Shown piece by piece: positions 14,004 to 28,995 of a stretch of 64,000 bases of DNA. This DNA comes from the human T2T-CHM13v2.0 reference genome, Homo sapiens. Position numbers and translations under genes: made by a program. Position 1 is the first letter of the stretch; each line of letters starts with the position of its first letter. Under the pieces are notes generated by a model that did not search any database, had not been told where the DNA came from, and worked only from the letters and a program-made list of their open reading frames with translations. Location: assembly GCF_009914755.1 (NCBI RefSeq), contig NC_060938.1; one strand, 5' to 3'.

Positions 14004-14594
14004 TAACTTCATTTCTACTGAAATATAAAGTTTCATTCCATGATAATTGTAATGAAAGCCACATGTTAACCTATTTTTTTTATGTTGTCTTGGATGGTTA
14101 ATGGCAACTCTTGTAGTTTTCATGATGAAAACCCTAAGAATGGAAAGAATAACTCCCTGGGCACTTCTAATTATTTACATACAAATTCCCACCCCAACCC
14201 ACACCACACCCCATGTCCCATGTTTCCTGAGACATTTATCAATATTTGGAAAATGGCACTCTCTCCTACCTTTCAGAAAATTTTCTTTGGCATAATATTG
14301 ATTCCAGGATGAATTCTGAAGAATGTCACACTGTAACAAGAGTAATAGTGTGTACATATTATAATATTCATTCAATAACCATCAGTAAAAGTTCACTCTA
14401 GACAGTAAAGTCACTGCGTTTTTCCTTTGTAAGGTTTGTAAAAGGTTGCTGAATTTGAGAAAGATGAATACACTTAAGAAAAACGGTTGAAAGACAAGCA
14501 TTATAATTTAGTTCCATTATTATTTTTTAGGAATTTTAATACTTACAGTCAGTAAAACATAATGAATGTTAATAAACCTCCATATACTTTAGAA

Positions 14595-14925
14595 CAGGGG
14601 TCCCCAAACTCTGGGCCATGGACAGGTACCCATCTGTGGCCTATTAGGAACCAGGCCACACAGCAGGCAGTAACCATTACTGCCTGAGCTCCGCCTCCTG
14701 TCAGATCAGTGGCTGCATTAGATTGTCATAGGAGCATGAACCCTATTGTGAACTGCGGATGCGTGGGATTTAGGTTGTGGCTTCTTATCAGAATCTAATA
14801 CCTTATGATCTGCAGTTTTCTAGAACAGCTTCATCCCGAAACCATCAACCCTCCCCATCTCCATCCATGGAAAAATTGTCTTCCACAAAACAGATCCCTG
14901 GTGCCAAAAATGTTGGGGACTGCTG
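14595..14925 (+). mobile_element. MER1B (hAT-Charlie)
   Basis: CAGGGGTCCCCAA...TTGGGGACTGCTG TIRs; perfect 8-bp TSD CTTTAGAA (14587-94 and 14926-33). Confidence 0.9.
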
Positions 14926-15688
14926 CTTTAGAAAATTTAATTCATATCCACCCTTCCCACTTAAATTTTAATGAATTTAACCATCACCCCTTTTATGAAT
15001 GCAGAAAGTTAGTCTCTTGTCCTCTTATTATTGATTTGTGAAATAAAGTGCCAGTTTTCTTCCATGAATAATTACAGAATATTCTAATTAAAGGAGTGCT
15101 TATTTAGTCTACCACTATACTTAAAAGGTACTTATTTAGTCTACCATCTTATTTAAAGGATGAAGGAAAAGGCCCAAATTTGTTTAGGGTCACAACCTGT
15201 TAGTGGGCAGGTTTAGACCTTACGTCTAAGATAGATGTAAGACAGACGATAAGCTCAAGATATTTTCTAATCATTTAGAGTGTGTTGCAGAGAATAGAGA
15301 TAGGTTAGGAAGATAACAATATAACCAACTATTTGCTCTTCATGTTTAGTTTGAGATAACGGAAATCATTCTCTTGGACATACTTTCTTATCTTTATCTC
15401 TCATTTCAAACTAGTTAACAACCCGTTGGCCACCAGGATCTAAGGTGACAATGATAGGGAATGAGTTCATGACCTGGCTTAAATTTTTAATTACTGTCAA
15501 AAATACCAGCAATACACATACTAAAAACAAAAACAAAAGCAAAAAAGCCATTAATTTATTTTACCCACTTCAATTCCATCCATCATCTACTTTTAGGCCC
15601 CATTATTTAAAATGAAATACATAAGCACGTGAATCTTCAGAGGATGGGTAATTTCATGTTCCAACGGAACAATAAAAAACTCATAATC

Positions 15689-16003
15689 GGCCAGGCACGG
15701 TGGCTCACACCTGTAATCCCAGCACTTTGGGAGGCCAAGGCGGGCGGGTCACGAGGTCAAGATCTTGATCGAGACTATCCTGGCCAACATGGTGAAACCC
15801 CGTCTCTACTAATAATACAAAAATTAGCTGGGTGTCGTGGCACGCGCCTGTAGTTCCAGCTACTCGGGAGGCTGACGCAGGAGAATCGCTTGAACCTGGG
15901 AGGCAGAGGTTGCAAGTGAGCCGAGATCGCGCCACTGCACTGGAGCCTGGCGACAGAGCGAGACTCCGGATCAAAAAAAACCAAAACCAAAACCAAAAAA
16001 AAA
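15689..16003 (+). mobile_element. AluS (Sc-like)
   Basis: Full dimer, relatively CpG-rich, (CAAAAC)n tail. Confidence 0.92.
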
Positions 16004-17132
16004 CCTATCAAAGTGACTTTGAAATTTGTGTATAAACACTGATATACATCTTTTAATACTTTGCTTTTCACTTTTATGCCTCCAGGTTACTACAGCTAAG
16101 AAGAGAAAACATATACATATGAGTGTGTGTACACACACACACACGCATATAACTTTTTAAAATTCAGAAGTTGAAAGGTCCAGAACGATAGTAAGAAACT
16201 AACGTAGAATAGCCACAGGTGATTAATAACACGTTTCATGAAAGGCACATGGAAATAAATGGCAACAAAAGCTACTTTCATGGTAATCTCACATCCCACG
16301 AATACTGAAATGAAAATCGCCGCGGCAATGGACTGTGGTTCAGGTGGAACACGTTCTCGTTCGCTAAGGAGATTGATGCTTTTCATCTAAAAGCAGCGCT
16401 CATGGCGAAGAGGCTTAAGGCCACAAAACCGTGGGACAGCAGGAGGAAGAGAAGCCAGGTATCTCCACTCCAGCTGCCCTGCCTCAGACTCCTCAGTTTC
16501 GCACGTGAGGATCGTCTTGCAGGCACTGACTGGAGATGGAATCCTAAAGCATAGGTGAAGCGGAAATCCTCCTTCAGGGAGAGCCCACTGAGGAAGCCAG
16601 CGGCTAGCACGAGGCAGGACAGGATACCTCCCTCTTCGCCCACGGCGGCCTCTCTGTCATAGTAGCCACCGTTCTGCCACTCATGCAGCTTTCTAAGACA
16701 CCTCTCGGTTCCCCAGCGCTTTCAGTGGGGCGGCCGGCCATTCCCGAGGGTTGCAAGAGGAGGCCCGGGGTGCTGAGCCAGCCTCGCTGCCCCCGCGTAG
16801 AAAGCCGGCCCGCCGGCGAGAGCCAGCCTAAGGCGCGGACAACCAACGAGGTGTCAGGCTCGGCAGGGGATTGCTTCTGTCTGGGGCCCGGCCGAGGTTG
16901 CGTTCGTGCCTCGCGCGCACACGCTCCGCGTTCACTCAGCCAATCCGGTGCTACTCGCGCGCCCAGGAGCGATCCGCGGTCCTACTCAGGCTGGGCCGGC
17001 TCCTTCCCGCTCCCAATACTCAGCACCCGAGCTCTCACTCCTCCCCTCACTCTCCACGAGTTCCACGCCTAGGGGTGTAGCTCCGCCCTTGTCCCCGAGT
17101 CCGCCCCCGCAACCTCCAGAGCGTGTGCTATC

Positions 17133-17629
<497 letters not shown>

Positions 17630-20600
17630 TAGGCTTTTCGCCTGTGGTGGCCCTTCTCTGCGGCCTCGGGAGGAGGGAAGGCTGAAGAAGGGAACCGCGG
17701 GGGTGCATTTTACAACCGCTGAGAACCGCCGGAGATTGGGGGTGTTCCCGCGGGTCCCCTCCCCCAGGCCCCAGGAGCCGGGGTCGACCCCGTGGGATGT
17801 TAGGCCCCAGCGCCTTCGGAAGCAAAGTCCTGGGCCCCCGGGGACCGAGGGGCCGGTGCGGAGGGCGCTGCGGGGCTCCGCGCTGTCGGTGCAGGCGGCG
17901 GGATCCCGGCTCCGCAGTCTGAAGCATGCCGCTCTCGGCTGGCCTGGGCGCATCCTCCGCTAGTGCTCTTCAGAGAGAGGGGGGAATCCCATCTCCACCC
18001 CCTTCCTCTCCTTCCCTTCCCCCCACCTGGGCGGCCCCACGCCAGTATCTGTGCTTGCCTGGACGAGACTCAGGTGTTAATCAGATGAAACTGCTCCTCC
18101 TCGGGTTGTCCCTCGCGGGCCGGGCGTCCCCTCAGCCACCCATGGGGCACCCTTCGCCTCCCTCGGGGGATGGGGGATCGGCTTGCGTCCGGACCTCGGA
18201 AAGTGTCTGCCTTCTGCCTTTCCGCGCAAAAGGCCCTCTGTCTGCCTCGTCGTTTCCTTAGCGAGGACGGGCTGCAGCCTGCTGCCGGGGATCCAGCTTT
18301 TTACTTGAGAGGGCAGGATTCCCCTACTCGGGCTCCTCTCCCCCTCCTTTCTGGGAACCCCCACCCCGGTAGAGCGTCCCGAGGCTGGTGAGGAGCGCAC
18401 TTTTCCCGGGTCGCGTTTCCCTCCCTCGCGAAAGCCGTGTGTGTTCTGCATGTCTGATTCCGTTGCGCTGAATTTGGTTAATATCCGTCACTTCGGCGAT
18501 CGGCAGTTGCTGCAGGGCATGACTTCCAAGATGAACAGCAAGCGGATTTGTAGGGGTTTCTGCTGTGGTTCTGTAATTGGCAAGGTTTATGTGTAATTGA
18601 GTGGCGAGACGGGGGTTAAAGAACTATATTTGGAATCTGAGGGCTTAGTTTGGAGTGAAGGAAATCCAAGACTCAGTGATGTGATTTCGGAAAAAGAAGC
18701 AGTGTGGACGGGAATCCTAGTGTTTCCCTTACTTCTTTTTTTAATTTTTTCTTTAACTGTCAAATTCTGACAGGTCGAGACGGTGCTCGAGAAGGGACTA
18801 AATTGAATAAGACTTGCTTTTATTATTAGGTAGAAAAAAAATGTCTGAGACTGCCGGCAGATATTGAGTGCAAAGCTTAATTTAGCTGCTGAATTTTATG
18901 AAAAGGTGATATCCAAAGCCTCCTTTTTTCTCTTTTAAGTAAAGGATTGCCTTTCCCTGGTATTCTTTCCGTATATCGATGGTGATTAATTGAATTTTCC
19001 TAATTAAAAGACCCTTGGATAGAGAAACTAGTCTAAACCAGTTGCAGAAAAGGGAACCCCCAAATCAGAAGGTGCGCTGTTCTCTTCTTTTGGTCCTGAA
19101 ACTGTTTGGGTATGTGAAGATTCAGTTGTATTTCAGAATTCCTGGAGCTGACATTGCCAATTTTCGAATAATCTGATGGTGGGATGTCAAAGTGTATATC
19201 TTTTATCTACCCTCAACTTGCACTTTAAATTCCAGCCATTCTTTGACAATAATAGAGTAGTGAGAAACCAAAATATGTCAGTTGTCTGTGGAAATAAAAA
19301 AGGCCATAGATGTTTAAAAGTTAAACCGTAGAAACATTTTTAAAATGAACATTTTCTACTTAAGCTTTCCATTAAATAATAGTTTCATTTAACGAATCAA
19401 CTTACCTTTGTGAAGTGACATAGCAGATAGGTGTTGTACAGACTGCTTTGAAAGATGCAGCCCTTATCTGGTGTCCCTACAGTCTAATATGGATAACATT
19501 GATACGCAAACAAATGAAGAAACATTGTATGTAATTATTGTGCAAAACTTTTCTAAATACATTACCTATGAGTTTGGGGTTAACTGCAAAAGAAATTCCG
19601 TATTCAGATGGATTAGGAGAGAATGTGACTACCTGAAGGGAGAATTTAATACATTTACTAGGTCAAGAAGAAACTGTCAATTTTAAGGGGAGTTGAAAGT
19701 CAGCAGCCACTTTATAAATAAATATATAGTTGATGATGAGGCTTCTGAGCTAAATAAAAATGCAATGTAAAGGCCTTGAAAAGCTGAAGTGGAATGGGTA
19801 GGTGGCATAGGTAAAATGTTAGAGAGAAGGTAACATTAACATTGACAGTGGAATTAAAGACAGTCAGGGGAAGCCGTCTCATGAGAATGAGGTACAGTAG
19901 TCTAGGGGGAAAAGTCTAGGGCCAGGAACAAGGATGTAGCTGAAGGAATGAAAAGGCAGCTACAGATTTGGAATAAGTGATAATAGAGGAAAATAGGTTT
20001 TGATGATAACATGTATATTTGAAGTCAGAAGTAACTCAGGCTTTTTCTTGAAAGTTGTTGATACAGATATTGTCTACTATGATGGAGAGGAAAGAAAACT
20101 GATTTTTCTCAAGTCTGTAACTAGTGGGTTTCATTATCAACAGCTTAATTTCTGTGGTCTTGCCTGATATACCATATGATTTGGGGGAAAGAACTTACAA
20201 AAATGAAGCTGTGCTGTACAATTTTGTGTATTCTAGAACTTGAGGTTTTGCAGTTTTACTATGTAGAATTATTCTTTACTGAACTGAAGTATTGTGATTT
20301 CATACTTAAGAAAGTTGAGTTGAACTGTGGTTTTTGTAAATTATTATTTGTGGCTCTTAAAAGGTGGAGGGTCTCTTTTAGAAAATCTCCTTGGCATGCT
20401 TCGTAATACTAATTTTAAGTATTTTATCTATATCTATTTTACAAAGATAGTGGAAAGTGTGATCTACCCACACACACATTTTACAATATGTTACTTAGTA
20501 TTTTGTGAAGTCATATTGTCATTTCTAAAGTTTTTAATTGACGTTGTGACATTTTTTATTACCTGTTGAAAGATATTTGTTCTTTGAAACTTTTCATCCA

Positions 20601-22125
20601 TTAGATGTTTTCGTTATCTTCATTTCAGTTGTAAATTTGGCAAATTTAGTACATAGTCTGTTGAGACTTCTCATTAAATAAATTAATTGTATTAGGTTTA
20701 TGAAAGAATAATGGTAGAAAGGGAAATATTTAGCAGAAGCATTTTTTTGCTTCATTATTTTGAATTATTAAGCACTTGAAAATGAGATTATGATAATTAA
20801 TGTAACATGGATATTCTAATTATACTTTTTTTTAAATCAGGAAAATGAGAACATATATGTATATAAAATAGGCTGTATGTGGAAACATTTTATGTTGAAT
20901 ATTATTGTCCATCTCTAACAACAATAACTTTGTTCGAAACTGTCTTATGTTGACTTGACAGAAATGAAAGTCACATGGTGTTTGGTGACCTAAGGTCTAG
21001 TTTGAAATATTTCTGTGTCTAATTAGTTGTCTACTTGTATTACTATTTATAGAAGAGACTAGAGGTAATATGGTAATGAGTAACATGAAGCAAATAAACA
21101 AGTATCTGCTACTTGAAAACTAGAAACAGGATGTGGTGCAGATGTAGAATTTTTTTCTAACAGCTTTAGTAGTGATTATACTTGAAGTCAATCTTACCAG
21201 TTACATAGCAGGCTCACTATATCTGGAATATGTCACTCTTCACATACTTTTTTCTATTTTGAAAGAAGCTGTTTATCAAAGCAGCATACTAGTTTTACCT
21301 GTAAAAGCTCTACAGAAACATTACTAGGAAAATAATGACTACATGTATGTATAGAATGTAGAATCATATAGATTATTCCATTGGCTACTGAATATCGTAT
21401 TAGTTCGCTACAGCTAATGTTTGATACCAAGGTACTTAGCTGAAGATGATAATCCATTACCTAAATTGTCACTAATAGGGGCATGAATGAGAAAAAGGTA
21501 CAAATTTTTGGGAAAGGGCATTTTTAAAAATCATATTTTTGCTGTAGTAATATACATTTTAATTGCACTAACCTGTTGATTTGAAATCAGTAAGAGATAC
21601 TGGAACAAATATAAGACTAGGTACTAGAGATTAGTTAAAAGACTAATTGTAAATGAGAACATCAAAATATTACAGTAACAGGTAGGGAGTATTTCAGTTA
21701 TTCATAAATGAAGTCATTCAAAGTATTAAAAAAACAAGCTTGAGCCAAGCAGATGCTACTGTCATAACTCTGCAATTGTTTAAGCATTTACTTTTTTACA
21801 TTCTTGAAACCTGTTCTGGTATATTATGTGTCAATATTATTTTCTGAAAAGCCCATTTATTGATAAGGATATATACATATTATATCTGTTTTGAGAATAG
21901 ATGTCATTAAGTAGGCAAATTACTATTAAATCCTACTAAGTGGAACTGTATGTTCTGCCTAACTTAGCTGTTTTTTTAATATGTGTTTTTAATATTGATC
22001 TATATGACTTGAAAGGAATCCTATTTCTTGAAATAGATTGTTATTTTGTGAATTTTTTGTTGAAAGCAATGTATTAGAGAATTAAATGTTTAGGCAAAGT
22101 AGGAAAATGTTAAATTAATTTCTAA

Positions 22126-22346
22126 TGAATATACTTAGTACTATTATCATTGGTCAAAGACTTGAAAAAGTATTAGTTGCTATACAATAAGAATTTTAAC
22201 TATATTAAAAACACATGTGACAATTTGACTTCAAAGTGAATATACTTAATACTATCATCACTGGCCAAGGACTTGAAAAAGTATTAGTTGCTATACAATA
22301 AGAGTTTTAAATACATTAAAAACACATACAACTATTTGACTTCAAG
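22126..22346. repeat. Diverged 111-bp direct tandem duplication
   Basis: tgaatatactta...tttgacttcaa repeated at 22126 and 22237. Confidence 0.9.
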
Positions 22347-23859
22347 CAGGCATATAGTGGAAAGTCAATAGTATGTTTTTAGGGAGGAAGTGACGAATAA
22401 GAGTCTATTTTTAATCTTGCTAGTGATAGATTCCTGGCTAAGTTGAACAGGGTGTTTTTAAAAACAATCAGTAAAATAGATAAAATCTATTACTCTGTTT
22501 CTGTAAATAGGATTGAAGAATAATGAAGCATATTTGGAATTTGAAAGGTATTAAAAAAAGATCCTGAAAAAGAAAGTAGTGAAACCACAAAGGATTTCTT
22601 CCTTCACATCTGGGCAGAGAAGATAAATACCAAGGAAGAAGAAAAGATTGTTTAACCTACTTAAAAGTAATTGGGACTGTAGTCAATATGAATGGCATCT
22701 AATCTCACTTTCATTAAAAAGTTTTTTTGAGTGACCTCTCAAAAAGGAAATGTTTAATGAAGTATTGCTAGGTAGAAGTTCTATCCAGGTTCTTTAATGA
22801 ATTTATAAACTAAATTGTTTTTAATAAATTAATTTTAACTAAGTAGAGCTTCTTGAAAATTTTGTGTTTAAACAACCCCAACAATTTTAACAGTAGCTTT
22901 GTCAGTATTTATACATTTCGAAAGAGTGTAATTAAATTTACCATGCTTTAAAAAGAATTCTTAATTTGAAAAATAAAGCAGCAAGGAAATGAAATATGAT
23001 GAAGGAATTGTCACCATAATTTGGGGCATTCTTCTCAAACTGGAGTACATGACATTGTGTCAAGGGATACCTATAAGGCTTAGAATCTAAGCCACAGGAA
23101 CAAACATAATAATTTTTTAAGTACCAATTTTACTTGATGGTATTAATTTAAATAACTTTAATATTAAGATAAGCATAAGTAAATTAGGCACAAAGTATAG
23201 AATTCATATGAGGCTTTAAGATGAAATTAGAAACTTCAAAGAAATTTCAAGTGAGCCCATTATATTTCAAGTGAGCTCCAGATCTCGTCATTCTTCTGCG
23301 TTATTGACACTTCATGGCAAAAAATTTAAGGAGCACTGAATCATAGAAAGAACACTGTAAGAACTATGTTCTCATACTATTCTGGCTAGTAAAGTTTTGT
23401 AACCTTCAGTATATTGTGTAACCCTCTCTCAGCTTTTCTTACCACTAAAATGAAGAAATCACTCTCTAAGATCACTTCAAGGCTCTCATGGCAGTATATG
23501 TTTCTATCTTTTAGCATTCTGACCAGCAGGAAAGAGAAATATAGGATATTAGACCTAGTTAATTTTTTTCTGTCTTTATAATGGGAATGATTATAGGGGA
23601 GGGTAGGTTATACATAAAAATGCAAGAGAATAAGAAATAGAATAATGATCAAAGAAGGAAAATATTTAGATTTTTTATTTAGAAATTTTTGTGACATTAA
23701 TCTTTCTGTTATTAGCAATCTTACACTTAGGTTTCAGACACAGCTCAGGACTGACTTTGTCAATAAAATATTTCCTAGGAATTATTCTCTTCAATGATGT
23801 CTTTCTTTGTTTTCCTTACAACGTTTATAAATGTTGTCTATACCCTGTAATCTATATGT

Positions 23860-24090
23860 GGGAGGCTGCATGGTGTAGCTTAAAAAGGATAGAACTTTGG
23901 AGTCAGATAGACTTGGACTTCAGACCCTCATTTGCCCTTTATTTTGGGAAGTCATTTCACCTCTCTGAATTTCAGTTTTCTTCTCCGAAATGAAGATGGC
24001 AATATCTACTTTACAAAGTTTTCAGAACTAATAGAGGTAACGCATATGAAAATGCCTAGCATTTTCAGATGAGATACTCAGTTATTTTTG
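23860..24090 (+). mobile_element. MIR
   Basis: Core motif aagtcatttcacctctctgaatttcagttttcttctccgaaatg. Confidence 0.65.
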
Positions 24091-24942
24091 GTTCCTTCCT
24101 CTTTGTATGTTGCTTTGGGAGCAACTTGCCACAGTTTCGTGTATACATGTCTTATTCAAAGTAGATTTTAAAGTTCTTGAGATATATGGTTATGTTCTTT
24201 ACTTCTTTTGTGCCCTTTTGTCATAGCATCTGTTAATGAAGTAATTGGATAGAAGGTGTTTAATAAAAAAATTGGGTGGTGTAAAATTTATATAGTACCT
24301 TAAGAAACATTTAGGTAAACCAGAACTTGGCTATTATTACTAAAAGGATAGTTTAGGGTAGATGGAGTGAAGTTGATTAGTTTTTAAAAGGTATGTTTTT
24401 CTGGTAATAGGATGATATTTATAACGATGTGTGTTTGAGATGTTTTATAGCATTAAATTTTGTATATTGTTTTAGTTGGGTGTTGTTTGTGTGAGGATAA
24501 TTTTAGACTAATGAAATTTGATATCTAAAAACTAAAAATTTGAAATTATAGGTAAAAAAATTCTGAAAATGCTGTTAATGTTGATTCTGGTGATCAAAAT
24601 AACACTGTTAGGAGTCAAAAGTTATGCCTCTTCTCCCACTTTCAAGATAAGCACATTTTACCACAGTTTCCTTACCTTTAAATGGGGGTAAGTGTGTTTA
24701 CCTTGATGGGTTAATGTGAGAAATGAAATAATGTATTCAGTATTCAACACCTACTATGTACCAAGGCCCTGTGCTAAGTGAAGGATACAATAGTGATTAA
24801 GACAGTTCAATCTTTCTTGTCTTGAAGCATATATTCTAGCACTACTGTGAAAACATTATTCAGTCAAGTTGAATATTGACACATTCATGCTTCATTTATG
24901 TTTCAAGGAATAAGGTGCTTTTATATTTTATTTTTTAAGTAG

Positions 24943-25344
<402 letters not shown>

Positions 25345-25834
25345 TGACATGATAGTATGTTTCCATAACGTATATGCTTTTCAGGTTTTACCCACTTGCC
25401 CTTCCTCTTCCTGCCCTGCCCTTCTAATCTACTATATCCTTGGGAACCACATAAACTTGCTAAGAATTATTTGTGATATTACATCCAGTTAGATTTGAAG
25501 TGAGGGTCTAAAGGCACATATTTTCACTTTTGGGTTCAGGGCATCAGAAAATGAGTGGATATTACTATAATAAATAGCTTTATTTCTTTGTATAGTACTT
25601 CACGATTTCAGGATCATGGCTAAATGTGTCTGCCTGATGCTGTAAATGTTAATAAAAATCCACTCTATGAGTGAAAGAGATTAAGTGCAATTTGAATGCT
25701 AAGTAAAAATGAAATGTTTCTTTTAATTATTTCTTGTTCTTTTAAAAAACACATTAATGTGCACTTGAAATTAATAATCTTTAAAGTCTAATTAATGGTT
25801 AAGAACTGTTGGATATCTTATAAATAAGAAACTG

Positions 25835-26138
25835 AGCCAGGCACAGGGGCTCACGCCTGTAATCCCAGCACTTTGGGAGGCTGAGGCGGGCAGATCACGA
25901 AGTCAGGAGATTGAGACCATCCTGGCCAACATGGTGAAACCCCACCTCTACTAAAAATATGAAAATTAGGCAGGCATGGTGGTGTGTGCCTGTAATCCCA
26001 GCTACTCGGGAGTGAGGCAGGAGAATCACTTGAACCCCTGAGGCAGAGATTGTAGTGAGCCAAGACTGTGCCACTGTACTCCAGCCTGGCCACACAGTGA
26101 GACTCCATCTCAAAAAAAAAAAAAAAAAAAAAAAAAAG
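25835..26138 (+). mobile_element. AluS
   Basis: Full dimer, TSD aagaaactga. Confidence 0.93.
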
Positions 26139-26337
26139 AAGAAACTGAATAGAGTAAAAATACTATTTTCAGATGTAAAAAGATGAAGGAACATTTACAC
26201 GGTGGTGCCCCCCTCTTCACTTTCACCTAAGAGTCTATACAGAACATTTTGATTATAGTCTAAACTTTAAAAATTATGCTTTCATAAAATTAACATCCAC
26301 ATTGTAGAAGTTACGTTTGGATTAAACTGCAAGTGGG

Positions 26338-28125
26338 CACTACCCAAAGCAATCTACAGATTCAATGCAGTCCTATCAATGACATTCTATACCAATGACA
26401 TTCTTCACAGAAATAGGGAAAAAAAAGTTAAAATTTGTATGGAACCATAAAGGACCTGGAATAGCCAAAGCAATCCTGAACAAAAAGGACAAAGCTGGAG
26501 ACATCATACTATCAGACTTTAAAATATACTACAGAGTGATAGTAACCAAAACAGCATGGTACTGGTGTAAAAACAGACACATAGACCAAAGGAACAGAAT
26601 CGAGAACCCAGAAATTAATCCTCATATCTACAGCCAACTGAGTTTTGAGAAAGGTCCCAGGAACATTTGCTGATGAAAGGACAGTATCTTCAAGAAATGT
26701 TTCTGGGAAAAAGGATATCCATATGCAGAAGAATGAAACTAGAGCCCCACCTCTTATTCTGTACAAAAATTAACTCAAAATGAATCAAAGACCTACATGT
26801 AAGACAGGAAACTATGGAACTGCTAGAAGAAAACATAGGGGAAATGTTTCAGGACATTGGTCTGGGAAAAAATTTTATAAATAAGACCTCAAAAGCACAG
26901 GCAAAAAAAGCAAAAATAAACAAGTGGATTATAGTAAACTAAAAAGCTTTTATACAGCAAAGGAAATAACCAACAGAATGAAAGGCAGCCTATAGAATGG
27001 GAGAAAATATTTGCAAACTGTTCATCTGACGGGGGATTAATATCTAGGATATACAAGAAACTCAAACATCTTAACAGCCAAATAAATAAATAAATAAATA
27101 AATAAATAACCCAGAAAAAAACAAAACAAAAAAAACCCTGCAAAAAATGCAATCTGATTAAAAAAAGATGGGATATTTCTCAAAAGAAGACATACAAATG
27201 GCCAAAAAATACATTAAACAATGTTCAGCATCATTAATCATCAGGAAAATGCAAATCAAAACCACAGTGAGGTATTCTCTTACCCCAGTTAGGATCACTG
27301 TTATCAAAAAGACAAAGAATGACAAATGCTGCCAAGGATGTAGAGAAAAGGGACCTCTTATATACTGTTAATAGGAATGTAAACAAGTACAGCCACTATG
27401 GAGAACAGTATAGAGGTTCTTTAAAGGACTACAGATAGAACTACCATATGATCCATCAATTTCACCACTCGGCACTTACCCAAAGAAAAGGAAATCAGTA
27501 TATGGAAGAGACACGTGTACCATATTTACTGCAGCACTGTTCACAATAGCTAAGATATAGACTCAATCTAGGTGTCCAACAGCAGATTAATGGGCAAAGA
27601 AATTATGGTATATATGCATAATGGAATACTGTTCAGCCATAAAGAATGAAATCCTATCATTCATGGCAACATGGATGGAACTGAAGGACATTATATTAAG
27701 TGAAATAAGCCAGGAATGGAAAGTTAAACACTGCATGTCCTCACTATTATGTGGAAACTAAAAAAAGTTGGTTTCATAGAAGTAAAGTAGAACAGAGGAT
27801 ACTAGAGACTGGGAAGAGGCGGGGGAAGGGGATACAGGGAGAAATGTGTTATAGGATACAAAATTACAGCTAGATTGGAGAAATAAATTCTAGTCTTCTG
27901 TAGCATTGTAGGGTGACTATAGTTAACAGTAATATATAGTTTCAAATAGCTAGAAGGAGGATATTGAATGTTCTCAACACAAAGAAATGATAAATGTTCA
28001 AGATGATGGATATATTAATTATCTAATCTGATCACCATACATTATATGTATGGAGACATCACTATGTATCTCATAAGTATGTATAATTATTGTATGTCAA
28101 TGTAAAATATAAAAGAAAATTTTAA
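26338..28125 (+). mobile_element. 5'-truncated L1MA (L1MA3-like): ORF2 3' part plus 3'UTR
   Basis: ORF2 remnants ([46 protein letters not shown]) and an L1MA-type 3'UTR. Confidence 0.88.
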
Positions 28126-28749
28126 AAATTGCAAATAAGAAAGCTCCTGAATTCTTATGTCATTCTTTTAATTAGTTAAATTTATTAAAGTATATTTATG
28201 TGTTATAAAGAATGTAATAATACAGAAAGGTAAAATGCGAAATTAAGCCTCATCACATTACTTCTCTAGTTTCTCTCTAGTGTTAACCACTTAAAAAATC
28301 TTTTTGTTTATTCTTTTGTATACAGTCATATATTTGATATATTTGAATATGTGTATGTGTATCATACAATACATCAGAGCTTGCAAATTGATGGACCACT
28401 GGCCCTAACTAACCAGTGTTTCATTAGTCCCCTACTGTATTTTAGAAAAAGTATTTGTTTCTAACACTTAAAAAAAGATATTTCATATAAAATCCATATT
28501 TTTTTTGCTTCTTAAGATTCAGCAACACACAACATGTTTCTCACATAATAGTTGTTTAGAGTTACTGTCTGCATAAGATAGAACATGCGTTCTTCAGTTT
28601 CCCACAGTTTCTGTTTAATACGTGTTGGCTGCCTGACCTTGATAGGCATTTGAGATTGTGATTCTTGCTCATACATAGTATTTTGCACTTTCTTCCTTCA
28701 CTCCCTAACTCTGTAGCATATTTTGGACATCTTTTCATATTAGTGAAAA

Positions 28750-28995
28750 TAATAGTGGTTAACTTTATTGAGAGCCTATGAAGTGTAAAATACTTTCTAG
28801 AGCCTGTTACAGAGCCTATTCATTTAATCCTCGTAATAATATGTTAGTGTTGTCACCATTTTACAGCTGAAGAAATTGTAGCAGAGAGAGATTAAGTAAC
28901 TTGCTCAAGTTAGTGCAGTAAATGAACAGGCTGCAAATTGAATCTATGTAATCTGTCCGTAGAGTGTAAGCTCTTAACTACTACATGATACTCCT
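28750..28995 (-). mobile_element. MIR
   Basis: ccattttacagctgaagaaattg...aagtaacttgctcaag core. Confidence 0.65.

Noticed and set aside
18519-18596. Possible alternative GPHN first exon (MTSKMNSKRICRGFCCGSVIGK)
   Set aside because: The available donors are weak and phase 0, so out of frame with exon 2; no other support.
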